Assembly (NCBI GenBank): GCA_963695555.1
Contig: CAVOGR010000005.1
Coordinates: 384,001-448,000, forward strand
Reading direction: 5' to 3'
DNA: 64,000 bases
DNA from: an uncultured Gemmatimonadales bacterium
GTDB lineage: Bacteria > Gemmatimonadota > Gemmatimonadetes > Gemmatimonadales > GWC2-71-9
Part shown: positions 1-9,596 of the stretch, piece after piece
Layout of the letters: each line of letters opens with the position of its first letter
Position numbering within the stretch: the first letter of the stretch is position 1
Program-made: the position numbers and the translations under genes
The notes under the pieces: generated by a model
The model's input: only the letters and a program-made list of their open reading frames with translations
What the model was told of the DNA's origin: nothing
The model's database searches: none

Positions 1-1702
1 GTCGAGACGCCCTGGAGCACAGGCACCGGCGTGCTGGTGAGCGTGCCTCGTTGGGGATCGAACCGTGCCACCAGGATTCGACTGTCGGACGTCCCGATGG
101 CGAGAAACCCCGGTGCCACGTACCGGGGGTAGGAACCCGTGCCGAGATCGGTGACGGCACCGGTGCTCAGGTCGATCACGCCGATGTGATTCGCTCCGAT
201 CGACCCCTTCCACAGCATCAAGAGGGCATACCGACTGCCGGGCAGCACATCGGGAAAGTCGTGTTCCTTGATCCCGCTGGCGGTGTCGGGGGAAGAGAGT
301 CGGGTGACGGCACCGCCGGTGGACGCGACCCGGGAGAGGCTCCGGTTATCGTTCGAAAAATAGATATTGCCGTCGTCGCCCCAGTCCCCCCCTCCATAGC
401 CGGCGACGGAGTCGTCCACCACCGTACGGGCCACTCCACCGGTGGCCGCGATCACCTTGAGGGCAGTGCGCCCGCCAGCGCCGGTGAAGAAGCCGATCGA
501 CTCTCCGTCCGGTGAAAAGAACGGGTCGAAGGCGCCCTTTGTATCGGGGAGCGGGCGCGCCGCCGGCTGATCGAGCTCCCGGATCCAGAGCTGCTGATCG
601 ACCCCATCGGATCCGACGAAGGCGACGCGCCGCCCGGAGGGCGAAATCGCGAGCCGCACGTTCCCGATGGACTGGACCGCGGCGCTGTCACCCAGCGACA
701 GCGTGGCGTGCACGATCTCGTCGGGGCCCACGCTGCCGGGGTTCGCCTTGCGATTGCCGATCAGAAACCCCGCGACCAGGGTGACCAGGGCGAGGGCGAC
801 GCCCACAAGCCAGCCGCGTCGCTTGTTCGCCGCCACCGGCTGGACGCCGGGGCGGAGGGTCGTCGTGGTCGGGTTGGCGAGCGCGGCAGCGAAGTCGGCG
901 GCTGAGGCGTACCGGTCGGCCGGCAACTTCTCGAGGGCGGTGAGCACCGCCGCCTCGACGCCCGGCGGAATCGTCCTGCGCTGGCCGGTCAGAGTGCGAG
1001 GGTCTTCGGTCATCACCCGGGCGACGATCGCCTGCGCGGTGGGCCCGGTGAACGGCGGTTCGCCGATGAGCATCTCGTAGAGCACGCAGCCCAGGGCGTA
1101 CACATCGCTGCGGGCGGTGATCTCCCGGTCGCCCATCGCCTGTTCCGGGCTCATGTAGTGCGGGGTGCCGAGACTCATGCCGGTCTCGGTCATCCGGGTG
1201 CCGCCGGCCTTGCTGGCCGCGAGCGCAATGCCGAAGTCCGCCACCAGCGCCGAGCCGTCGTGCAGCAGGATGTTCTCGGGCTTGATGTCGCGGTGGATGA
1301 CGTCGTGGCGGTGGGCGTAGTCGAGGGCCGCGGCCACTTCGCTTGCGATGCGTACGGCCTCCGCCACCGGGAGCTGCTGTCTCCCGGCCGATCCGGTCGC
1401 GGAGGGACTCGCCCTCGACGTACGGCATCACGTAGAACAGGAAGCCGTCGGCCTCGCCCGAGTCGAACAGCGGCAGGATGTGGGGGTGCTGGAGGTTGGC
1501 GGTGGTCTTGATCTCGGACAGGAACCGCTCGGCGCCGATCACGGCGGCGAGCTCCGGGCGCAGCACCTTGAGCGCCACCTTGCGGTCGTGCTTCAGGTCC
1601 TCGGCCAGGTAGACGGTGGCCATGCCGCCCGGCGCCGAGTTCGCGCTCGATGCGGTAGCGGTCGGCCAGGGCGGTCTTTAGGCGAGCGATGTCGTCCGTC
1701 AC
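1..1702 (-). CDS. Hanks-type Ser/Thr protein kinase with TM segment and TolB/PD40-like beta-propeller C-terminus; frameshifted, runs off window start
   Basis: Pieces in different frames: VTDDIARLKTALADRYRIERELGAG, MATVYLAEDLKHDRKVALKVLRPE...HPHILPLFDSG. HRDIKPEN, DFG and GTPHYMSPE codons are visible at ~1150-1300. Indels near 1630 and 1385. Close paralog of 6203..8869. Confidence 0.88.
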
Positions 1703-1779
1703 GTCAATCCTTTTAATGAAAGAAGCAAGGTAATGGATAGGCACCCACGGAGCACCGGGCCGGGTGGGTTACCCGTCCC

Positions 1780-1826
1780 GCCCGCCCTATCCCTTCCCCG
1801 CTACCAGCTGGCGGCTATTGGTCGTT
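1780..1826. repeat. Heptamer-based intergenic repeat, copy 1 (CCCCGCTACCAGCTGGCGGCTATTGGTCGTT)
   Basis: Aligns by eye with 2880-2972, 6048-6089 and 8950-8975. Confidence 0.7.
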
Positions 1827-1858
1827 GGGGAACTCGACGGTTTCTCGAGCCTCAGTAC

Positions 1859-1892
1859 GGCATGGCCCCGGGGCAGAACCCCGGGCCATGCC
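1859..1892 (-). terminator. GC-rich hairpin, probable terminator of 1935..2756
   Basis: GGCATGGCCCCGGGG-CAGAA-CCCCGGGCCATGCC near-perfect inverted repeat just downstream of the stop. Confidence 0.6.
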
Positions 1893-1934
1893 ACACTTCG
1901 TGTGTGCTCGCGGGGACGCGGGCCCCGCGAAGTC

Positions 1935-2756
1935 CTACTTCGTGTTCCAGAACGCCGGATCGGCGGCCTTGGTCTCGGGCGCCACGTAGCTCATCGTCGG
2001 ACTCAACCGGTACTTGTTCGACTCCGACCACCCGACGGATTCCTTGAAGAACTTCGAGAAATAGGCCTGCTCGTCCGGAGTCATGGCCTTCCCGATCATG
2101 TCATCGTCGGCCATCATCGCATCGAACTGTCCGAACGACGCGACCGATGAGAACATGAGGTAGGAGCCGCCGGGCATGCCGCCGGTGACGCGGTAGGTGC
2201 GCCAGTTGGCCTTTCCACCGGCGCGGGTCACGATCTTCGCGTAGGCTGCCACCGCCTCGGCAAACGCTTTCCCGTGCCCGGGCCGGATGCGCCAGACACT
2301 GATGTCCCAAAACCGTTGCTTGTTCAGATCGGGAAACGCGCCGTGGCCGAGCTCGGGCGCCGCGACGGCTTCGATCGATTCCGTGCTCTCGAGGTACTGG
2401 GCATCGGCCGCCGCCAGCCGAGCCAGGGCCGCGGACAGTTCGGCGTTCGCCGCATCGGCGGCATCTGCCTTGTCCCAGGCGGTGTACGACTCGCGGGGCA
2501 CGAGGAACAGGACTTCCGGGTCGCCGGTCATCGATTCCACCGCCAGGTAGTAGGTCGGCGACTTGGCCTGGGCGAAGGCCTGGGGCCAACCGCTCTCGTT
2601 CGCCGCGTGGGCCGCGCCCACGCCGGGCTTGAGACTTTCCTTGAAGATCTGCAGGACCTTGGGCTGCGTCGTCGGCATCGCCTGGGCGGCAAGTGGGGCT
2701 GCCCCGGCGGCCAGCAGCACGCCAACGGTCAGCGACGGGAAGAGTCGCACATGCAT
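1935..2756 (-). CDS. Secreted hypothetical protein, two NIPSNAP-like/dimeric alpha-beta barrel repeats
   Basis: Signal peptide (..LLAAGAAPLAAQ). Two similar halves (LKPGVGAAH / IRPGHGKAF). RBS AGGAGG upstream. Confidence 0.65.
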   Translation of the reverse strand: MHVRLFPSLTVGVLLAAGAAPLAAQAMPTTQPKVLQIFKESLKPGVGAAHAANESGWPQAFAQAKSPTYYLAVESMTGDPEVLFLVPRESYTAWDKADAADAANAELSAALARLAAADAQYLESTESIEAVAAPELGHGAFPDLNKQRFWDISVWRIRPGHGKAFAEAVAAYAKIVTRAGGKANWRTYRVTGGMPGGSYLMFSSVASFGQFDAMMADDDMIGKAMTPDEQAYFSKFFKESVGWSESNKYRLSPTMSYVAPETKAADPAFWNTK

Positions 2757-2879
2757 CGGTAAACCTCCTGAGGGGGATAGGGGGACAACATGGCTCTCGT
2801 ATTCGCAAGGAGGCTAGCCGCCTGGCCCTGCGAGCCGGGGGGCATTCTACACTGCGGACCGGGAATGACAAGGTTTGCC

Positions 2880-2972
2880 GCCCCCGCTCCCTGCTCCCTG
2901 CCCCCCGCTATCAGCTATCGCTATCGGTCCTGCCCGTCCTATCCCCGCCCCGGCTATTGGCTATTGGTCGTT
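2880..2972. repeat. Heptamer-periodic intergenic repeat, copy 2
   Basis: CTCCCTG CTCCCTG CCCCCCG CTATCAG CTATCG CTATCGG ... GGCTATTGGCTATTGGTCGTT. Confidence 0.75.
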
Positions 2973-2997
2973 AGCGTGGGTTTGGTGGAAGAAGCCC

Positions 2998-3140
2998 CGA
3001 AGCGACTGCCTGGGAGTCGCTTTGATGAGGCTCAAGTTCCTCTGAGGTTAGGCACTTCCCGCAGGGATCTCACCTGTTCCGTGAGTTCCTGTAGCGGGGT
3101 TGTTTGTGGGACTCTGGGGAACCACTGGGGCCACAGACAC
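2998..3140. repeat. ~140-bp dispersed repeat homologous to the islet arm at 9182-9319
   Basis: Shared blocks TCAAGTT, GGCACTTCC, TCTCACCTG..GTGAG.TCCTGTA.CGGGG, TGTGGGA, TGGGG..CACAGA at conserved spacing. Confidence 0.8.
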
Positions 3141-3353
3141 AAACGATCAGGGCCACTTCTGTCCGTGACGTGCGAGGCGACCCGGGCCGCCGCGGCTAAC
3201 AGCGTGTCAGACGAGCAACTGCATCGGATCGGTGAGCCCAGGCGCATGAGCGCGAAACCCCGATCACGGTGTGAGTGGCCGGCGCATCGGTCGGACCGAC
3301 GCGGTCGTCGTCCGTGCGCGACGCTCCGCCCAACCGACTTCCCGACGACCCCA

Positions 3354-3387
3354 GCGGGGGCTTCTCACCTGCCCGGTGAGGTCCTGT
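3354..3387. repeat. Third, partial copy of the arm repeat
   Basis: GCGGGGGCTTCTCACCTGCCCGGTGAGGTCCTGT vs GCGGGGGTCTCACCTGCCCTGTGAGGTCCTGT (9244-9275). Confidence 0.7.
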
Positions 3388-3575
3388 CGGTCATCCCCCG
3401 GCCTCGGTGCCCGAGAGCGGCGGGGCAACCACCGGAAGCGCAACCGGCGCCCGTTGTCCTGGCACGAGCTCTAGGTTCATTCTTCGCACCATCGCCTGGA
3501 ATCGGCGGATCGTCGCGGTAAGGTTCGAATTCGGAACTCCACGCCACTTCCCACGCAACCCAGGCGTGGGCCGGC

Positions 3576-5951
3576 TCATACTCGAGCCAGTGGAGTGCCT
3601 CGTCCCGGTTCCCGAGTGCGCGCGTGCATGCGCGCCGCCCGTTGGCAACCCGAGCTGCTGGGCGGCGGAGCCTCGAAGTTCAACCGGCGCCGTTGCCGCG
3701 CATCTTCCGGTCCGTCCCGCCCGCGCGTGCGTCGGGGCGCGGGCAAGGTACCGAATCTCGGGAAGATGGCCGCCAGCTTCTCACGCGTAGCGTCGCCTCC
3801 TCGTACCTCCCCAGTGCCGCGCCACGGTTTCCCCGAGGACGAGTGTGCGATGATGCCGGGGTCGACCGCTTCACGTTGGCTCCCGCGCCAACGGCAGCGC
3901 TCGCTGCGTAGTCCTCGGCGTACCAGTACACGGCCGGCAGCGTACGTCAGGGCGAGGGCGTAGGACCATCTCGGGAAGATGGCCGCCAGCTTCTCATGTG
4001 TTGCGATCGCCTCCTCGTACCTCCCCATCCGCGCCAAGGTTTCCCCGAGGACGTAGTGTGCGATGATGCCGGGGTCGTACCGCTTCACGTTCTCCCGCGC
4101 CAACGGCAGCGCTCGCTCGTAGTCCTCGGCGTACCAGACCGGCCGGCGCCACGTCGTGTGGAGCGGGGTCAGGGGATCCAACTCCTGGGCCCGCCGGTGC
4201 TCCGCCAGCGCTTCCTCCACCCGGCCGAACAGGGCGAGATACCACGCGTAGTGGTAATGGTTCATGGCCAGGCTGGGGTTCAGCTCGTTGGCCCGACGGA
4301 ACGCCCGCTCGGCGCCCTCCCAGTCTCGTTCGCCGTATGTCTTATAGTCCGCCAAGGCGGCCCAGGCCTCCGCCAGTGTCGAGTCCAAGCGTAACGCCCG
4401 CTCGGCAGCCGCTCGCGCCAGGGGCCACGCGTCATCGGGGGGGTGAACCTGGGGTTATAAGGTATCCAGCGGGTGCGGATTTGGAGGGCGGTTGAAATAG
4501 CCGATGGCGACGTTGGCGTCCTCCCTCGTGCTACGGGTGTTGAGGACATGCATCCCACGGAGGTAGGCCTCGTACACCTCGGGGTTCACCGCTGGAGTGT
4601 CGTTGAGCCGCTCCTGCTCCGCGGGGCTCAAGCGCACCCCTATCTCGCCGGCAATGGCACGGGCGAAACCGCGGTACAGGGTCACCACGTCCGACAGCAC
4701 CCCGGCGTACGACGCCGTCCAGATCTCGCGCTCCTCCTTGTCGTAGAGCCGGGTGGAGATCTGGAGACTATCACCGCTCCGAAACAGCGAGCCTTCGATC
4801 ACCGCGTCCACCCCCAGCTCGCGCGCGATCTCACGGATCGGCTTCTCGGTGTGTCGGAACTGGGCCATCGTTGCCCTTGCCGTGACGGAGAGTCCCAGCT
4901 GTCCCAACTCGGCGATCAGCGCCTCGTGCACGCCCGCTGTCAGGAACTCCTGCTGCGCGTCGTTGGTGAGATCGGTGAGCGGCAGCACCGCGAGCCTGTC
5001 AATGCGCTCACCCGCGAGCATCGAGCTGAGCCCGCGCGCCGCCAGCGCAAGCACCACCACGGCCGCCGCCACCACGGCCGCGCGGCGCCAGCCTCGTCTG
5101 CCTGGGCGCGGAGCGGCGGTCGCCGTGGTCAAGGCCTCGGCAAACGCACTGGCCGTGGCGTATCGATCGGCCGGCGCCTTGGCCAACGCCCGCTCGAGGG
5201 CCGCCTCGACCGTCGTTGGTACCAACTCCCGCACCACCGAGATCCGGGGCGTCGGCTCACTCAGCTTCTTGGCGATCACCGCCAACGGGGTCGCTCCCGT
5301 GTAGGGCGGCTCGCCGCCCAGCATCTCGTACACCACGCAGCCGAGACTGTAGATGTCGCTCCGGGCGTCGAGGTCCTTCTGGCCGCTGGCCTGCTCGGGG
5401 CTCATGTAGATCGGCGTTCCGATCGCCGTCCCGGTTGCGGTCAACTGCTCGGTACCGGCGGCGCTCACCGCCCGGGCGATCCCGAAGTCGGCAACCAGGG
5501 CATGCCCGCCCTCGAGCAGGATGTTCTCCGGCTTGATGTCGCGGTGGACGATGCCCCGGGCGTGGGCATACCCGAGCGCGTCGGCCACCTCCCGCGCGAT
5601 CTGAAGCGCGTCCTCGACCGGGAGCTGCTTGTCGCGTCGCAGCCGATCGCGCAGCGACTCGCCCTCGACGTACGGCATGACGTAATAGAGGAAGCCTTGG
5701 GCCTCGCCCGAGTCGTACAGGGCCAGGATGTGGGGATGATGGAGATTCGCGGTGGTGGTGATCTCGCGCAGGAAGCGCTCGGCGCCCAAGGCCGCGGTCA
5801 GTTCGGGTCGGAGCACCTTGATGGCGACCTGGCGCTGGTGCTTGAGGTCCTGGGCCAAGTAGACGGTGGCCATGCCGCCGCAACCGATCTCCCGCACTAT
5901 GGCATAGCGGTCTGCGAGAGCAGCCGTGAGGCGATCCGACGGATCTGCCAT
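3576..5951 (-). CDS. Hanks-type Ser/Thr kinase with TM, TolB-N-like and TPR C-terminal domains; frameshifted
   Basis: GCGGMATVY, VAIK, HRDIKPEN, DFG, GTPIYMSPE, then LAVLPL...GVDAVIEGS and NPEVYEAYLRG. TPR part (DWEGAERAFRRANELNPS) lies in ORF 3576..4388. Confidence 0.88.
3755..4147. repeat. Imperfect ~180-bp tandem duplication in the TPR coding region (3755-3938 and 3968-4147)
   Basis: Near-identical segments that differ mainly by 1-2 bp indels. Confidence 0.85.
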
Positions 5952-6047
5952 TGGGGTCTCCTGAGCGGAGCTTATAGATGTGAGTGCTGTTACTTATCGA
6001 TCGGGAGATGAAGCCGGGGTGAAACGGGTGTGAAGGCGTTTCTCACG

Positions 6048-6179
6048 CCGCGCTATCGGCGATAGGCTATTGGGTATTGGCTAATGGTCTGGTCGGCGGA
6101 TCGGCGGACTTACCATCGGATTCCTCGAACCGCCCATCCGCCCAGCCGTCGTACTTCCCACTTCTTCGCGTTCCCGCCT
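6048..6179. repeat. Composite intergenic repeat: heptamer block (6048-6089) plus octamer-periodic block (6126-6179)
   Basis: GCTATCG GCGATAG GCTATTG GGTATTG GCTAATG, then CGAACCGCCCATCCGCCCAGCCGTCGTACTTCCC. Confidence 0.75.
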
Positions 6180-6202
6180 TCACGTAGCGGCTTGCGCCAT
6201 CA

Positions 6203-8869
6203 TCAGTTTGCCACTCTGGTTTCGAACGCCTCGGCCCACCCGTCAAGCCACACGATCGGAGGCCTCTCGGCCAGGCCCCGCGAACGCAGGAACAGGAATC
6301 CGTTGTCGTTGGGCAGAGCGACGAACGACTGGTGGAACCCGTCGATTTGCATTCCCAAGACGCTGAAGAGCGGTTGGGGCGTCTCGGCTAGGAAGGTGGT
6401 GCCGCCGCGAACCCGGGCCACCATGAGCATCAAGTTCGGATCCAAATAGAACAGCTCATTCCCCGAGGCCGACCACACCGGCTCGCTGCCACCGCCGTTC
6501 GACACCTGCCAGCGAGCGGTCTCGGTGGCGGGGAACGGCCGCACGTACACCTCGTTGACCCCAGACTCGGTGGAGGTGTAGGCCAACCACTTACCATTCG
6601 GCGACAGGGTCGGGTGCGCTTCGGTGAAGCGGCTCGCCAACAGTGGAACCGGTGCCCCGGCCCCATCCATGCGGATACCGATCAGGTCGCCAGCCCCGGC
6701 CGTGGCATTGTCGGTCCGCAAGACCAGCCAGGCTCCATCCGGCGACCAGGCCACCTCTTGCACCTGCCGGTCGAGACTGGCCAGCAGGGTGTCCCCGCCG
6801 CTCCCGTCCGCGCGCCGACCATAGACCGCGCTCGTGACTCCGCTGTCGCGGATGAAGGCCACCAGTTCCCCATCGGGTGACCACGCGGGACGCCGGTCGC
6901 CGTTGCCGAACGTCAACCGCGTGAAGGGCCCGCCGTCCAGGTCCTTGATCCAGATGTTGATTGCGCTCCCGCGGCCTGCACCCACGGCCAACCGCCGGGC
7001 ATCCGGAGACAGGTTCAAGCCGTTGAAGGATCCGGACCAGGTGGTATCCAGCGGCGAGATGACGCCGTCCCGGTCAACACGGACCACGATGTCTTCATTC
7101 GAAGGACCGGTGCCGCGAATGTAGACCATGGTGCCGGACGGCGACCAGACCAGCGGCGCAAAGCCGCGCTCACTCACAACCCTCACGCCCTCCAGAACCG
7201 GGATGGCCTCGCCGGTGACTTCCAGTCGATCGAGGTCGAAGCGGGCCGCGACAGCAACCCCATCACGCCGAACGTACAGCAAACGGCCGTCAGGGAGATA
7301 CCACGCATGGGCCACGTCGTCGAGGAGACGCCGTTGGTCTCCTGTCTCCAGGTCGAGCACGCGGATGGACAGGTTCACGCACCCGGATGAGCAATACTGA
7401 AACAGGACGCCCCGAGAGTCCGGGAGCGCAACCGGATGCCCGATGCCTCCGCCGAAGAGTGCCGAATCGCGGAGCGCCACGGTCTTGGTGCCGCCTGTGG
7501 CGCTCACGCGGTGGAGTTCGCTCAGCGTGGGATTGCTATAGACGATGGTCCCATCGTCCAGCCACGCGGCTCCACCATAGCCGCTCCCGTCGACGGAGTC
7601 GGAGAGAGTCACCACGGTCCCGCCGGTGACGCGCACCTTCTTGAGCCGGCTGTCGGCGATGAACGCAATCCAGCCCCCGTCGGGCGAGAACACCGGCCCG
7701 AGGGCACGCTCGGTGCCGGGGATGGGAACGGGATCGAGACGATCGCGCTGCTTGAGCCACAGCAGGCCGTCCGGCTGGTTCTCCCTGAACGCCAGGATCG
7801 TGCCGTCGGGCGAGAGCGCCATGGCCGGAGCGCCAGACAACGGCTCCAGGTTTGCGCCGAACGTGATGTATTGCCAACGACCCGGGGTGTTCTCGCTGCG
7901 CCATGCGCGGGCCCAACCCCAGGCGCCGAACAGGGCCAGACCGATAACTGAAACGATCATGACCCACTTGGCGGCCGGGCCGGCCGTCCCGCTCCCTGGT
8001 GACGGCGCCAGTGTGGTCGCGACGCCGTGGGCGTAGTGGCGGTCGCCAAGGGCTGAGGCAAGTTCTGCGGCCGAGGCAAACCGGTCGGCCGGCAGCTTCT
8101 CCAAAGACTTGGCCACCGCGGCCGCCACATTTGGCGGCACGGCCTTCCGCGCCTTGGTGACCGGCTGCGCCTCCTCGGTCACGATCTTCATGATGATCTG
8201 TTGCGCGGAGGAGGCCGTGTGCGGTGGATCGCCGGTCAACATTTCATAGAGGACGGCGCCCAGCGAGTAGATGTCCGAGCGGTTGGTCAGGTCCTTCTCC
8301 GCCGTGGCCTGTTCGGGGCTCATGTAGTGGGGCGTGCCTAACGACAGTCCGGTCTCGGTCATTCGCCCGCCTGCGGCCGCACTCACCGCGAGCGCGATGC
8401 CGAAGTCGGCCACCATCGGCCGGCCGTCGTGGAGCAGGATGTTCTCGGGCTTGATGTCGCGGTGGATCACGCCATTGCGGTGCGCGTAGTCCAGCGCGTC
8501 GGCGACTTCAGAAGTAATCCGCACTGCTTCGTCGATGCCGAGCTGGGTCTCGCGGTCGAGCTTCTGGCGGAGCGTCTCGCCCTCGACGTAGGGCATGACA
8601 TAGTAGAGGAATCCGTCGGCGGTGCCGGAGTCGAACAGGGGGAGGATGTGCGGGTGCTGGAGTGCGGCGGTGGTCTTGATCTCTACTACGAACCGCTCGG
8701 CGCCGAGCACGGCGGCGAGTTCGGGCTTCAGGACCTTGAGGGCGACTTTGCGGTCGTGCTTGAGATCCTCGGCGAGGTAGACCGTGGCCATGCCGCCCGC
8801 TCCGAGCTCCCGCTCGATGCGGTAGCGGTCGGCCAGGGCTGTCTTTAGGCGATCAAGGGCGTCGGGCAT
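6203..8869 (-). CDS. Hanks-type Ser/Thr kinase with TM and double TolB/PD40 beta-propeller
   Basis: Intact 888-aa ORF. GAGGMATVY, VALK, HRDIKPEN, DFG, GTPHYMSPE, and many SPDG/WSPDG repeats. Confidence 0.95.
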   Translation of the reverse strand: MPDALDRLKTALADRYRIERELGAGGMATVYLAEDLKHDRKVALKVLKPELAAVLGAERFVVEIKTTAALQHPHILPLFDSGTADGFLYYVMPYVEGETLRQKLDRETQLGIDEAVRITSEVADALDYAHRNGVIHRDIKPENILLHDGRPMVADFGIALAVSAAAGGRMTETGLSLGTPHYMSPEQATAEKDLTNRSDIYSLGAVLYEMLTGDPPHTASSAQQIIMKIVTEEAQPVTKARKAVPPNVAAAVAKSLEKLPADRFASAAELASALGDRHYAHGVATTLAPSPGSGTAGPAAKWVMIVSVIGLALFGAWGWARAWRSENTPGRWQYITFGANLEPLSGAPAMALSPDGTILAFRENQPDGLLWLKQRDRLDPVPIPGTERALGPVFSPDGGWIAFIADSRLKKVRVTGGTVVTLSDSVDGSGYGGAAWLDDGTIVYSNPTLSELHRVSATGGTKTVALRDSALFGGGIGHPVALPDSRGVLFQYCSSGCVNLSIRVLDLETGDQRRLLDDVAHAWYLPDGRLLYVRRDGVAVAARFDLDRLEVTGEAIPVLEGVRVVSERGFAPLVWSPSGTMVYIRGTGPSNEDIVVRVDRDGVISPLDTTWSGSFNGLNLSPDARRLAVGAGRGSAINIWIKDLDGGPFTRLTFGNGDRRPAWSPDGELVAFIRDSGVTSAVYGRRADGSGGDTLLASLDRQVQEVAWSPDGAWLVLRTDNATAGAGDLIGIRMDGAGAPVPLLASRFTEAHPTLSPNGKWLAYTSTESGVNEVYVRPFPATETARWQVSNGGGSEPVWSASGNELFYLDPNLMLMVARVRGGTTFLAETPQPLFSVLGMQIDGFHQSFVALPNDNGFLFLRSRGLAERPPIVWLDGWAEAFETRVAN

Positions 8870-8949
8870 CGTGGTCCTTTGGAGGAACCGCGGATAATAA
8901 GGCCCTGGCGGGGCTTCTGGCCAGAGAAGATCACCCCACCCCGTCCACT

Positions 8950-9093
8950 CCCCGCTATCAGCTATCGGCTATCAGACGTGAGTCGTGAATGTTAGGGGAG
9001 AGATGCGGTGGCTGTCGCTTCACCCATCTGCCGAACCGCCCAACCGCCGAGCCGGCGTATTTCCCGCCTTATCGCCTTTCCGACTTCCCGCCT
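8950..9093. repeat. Composite intergenic repeat: heptamer block (8950-8975) plus octamer-periodic block (9032-9093)
   Basis: CCCCGCTATCAGCTATCGGCTATCAG. CGAACCGCCCAACCGCCGAGCCGGCGTATTTCCC matches 6126-6159 at 30/34 positions. Confidence 0.75.
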
Positions 9094-9096
9094 GCC

Positions 9097-9176
9097 CAGC
9101 GCCCCCGGCGTGACTCGAGCCGCAGGCGAGCGAGCAGCTTGCGCGCAGCTCAACAAAGCGACCGTCAGTTTAGGAA
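9097..9176 (-). repeat. Duplicated 3' half of tRNA-Arg(CCT) (att-like), interrupted in the T-arm
   Basis: 9097-9118 is identical to 11161-11182 (22 bp). 9158-9176 matches 11187-11205 at 18/19 and ends exactly at the anticodon loop. There are 35 extra nt between the two parts. Confidence 0.9.
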
Positions 9177-9596
9177 TCAATCGAGGCGACTTCCGGGGAG
9201 TGAAGTGGAGTAGGTTCAAGTTGCCGTGAGTTGGGCACTTCCGGCGGGGGTCTCACCTGCCCTGTGAGGTCCTGTATCGGGGAGTTGTGTGGGAGTTTGG
9301 GGCACAGTTGGGGCACAGATTCTCGCTCATAAGTACGAGCGGACTTATCCCATTCCGAAGCCGTACAGCGACAAGGTGATTGAAGATCCTTTCCCGAAAA
9401 ATTCATGGTCGCTTCGGGATAGTCGTGTTAAGCAGCATCGTTGAGACTGTACCCATCTTGCATCTCGCCGCTGGCCCCAGCGGCCCCGTTGTAGGTGCGA
9501 CGCCGCCCTCCGACGCCTCTCCTCTTCGAGTCCGCTGAGCCCCGCTCCCCAATGGGGTGGCTCAGGCTTCAGCGACTCGTCACATGGAGGTGTCCC

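Noticed and set aside
3755..4147. Possible DGR template/variable repeat pair
   Set aside because: Differences are mostly indels and are not confined to adenines. No reverse transcriptase is present in the window.
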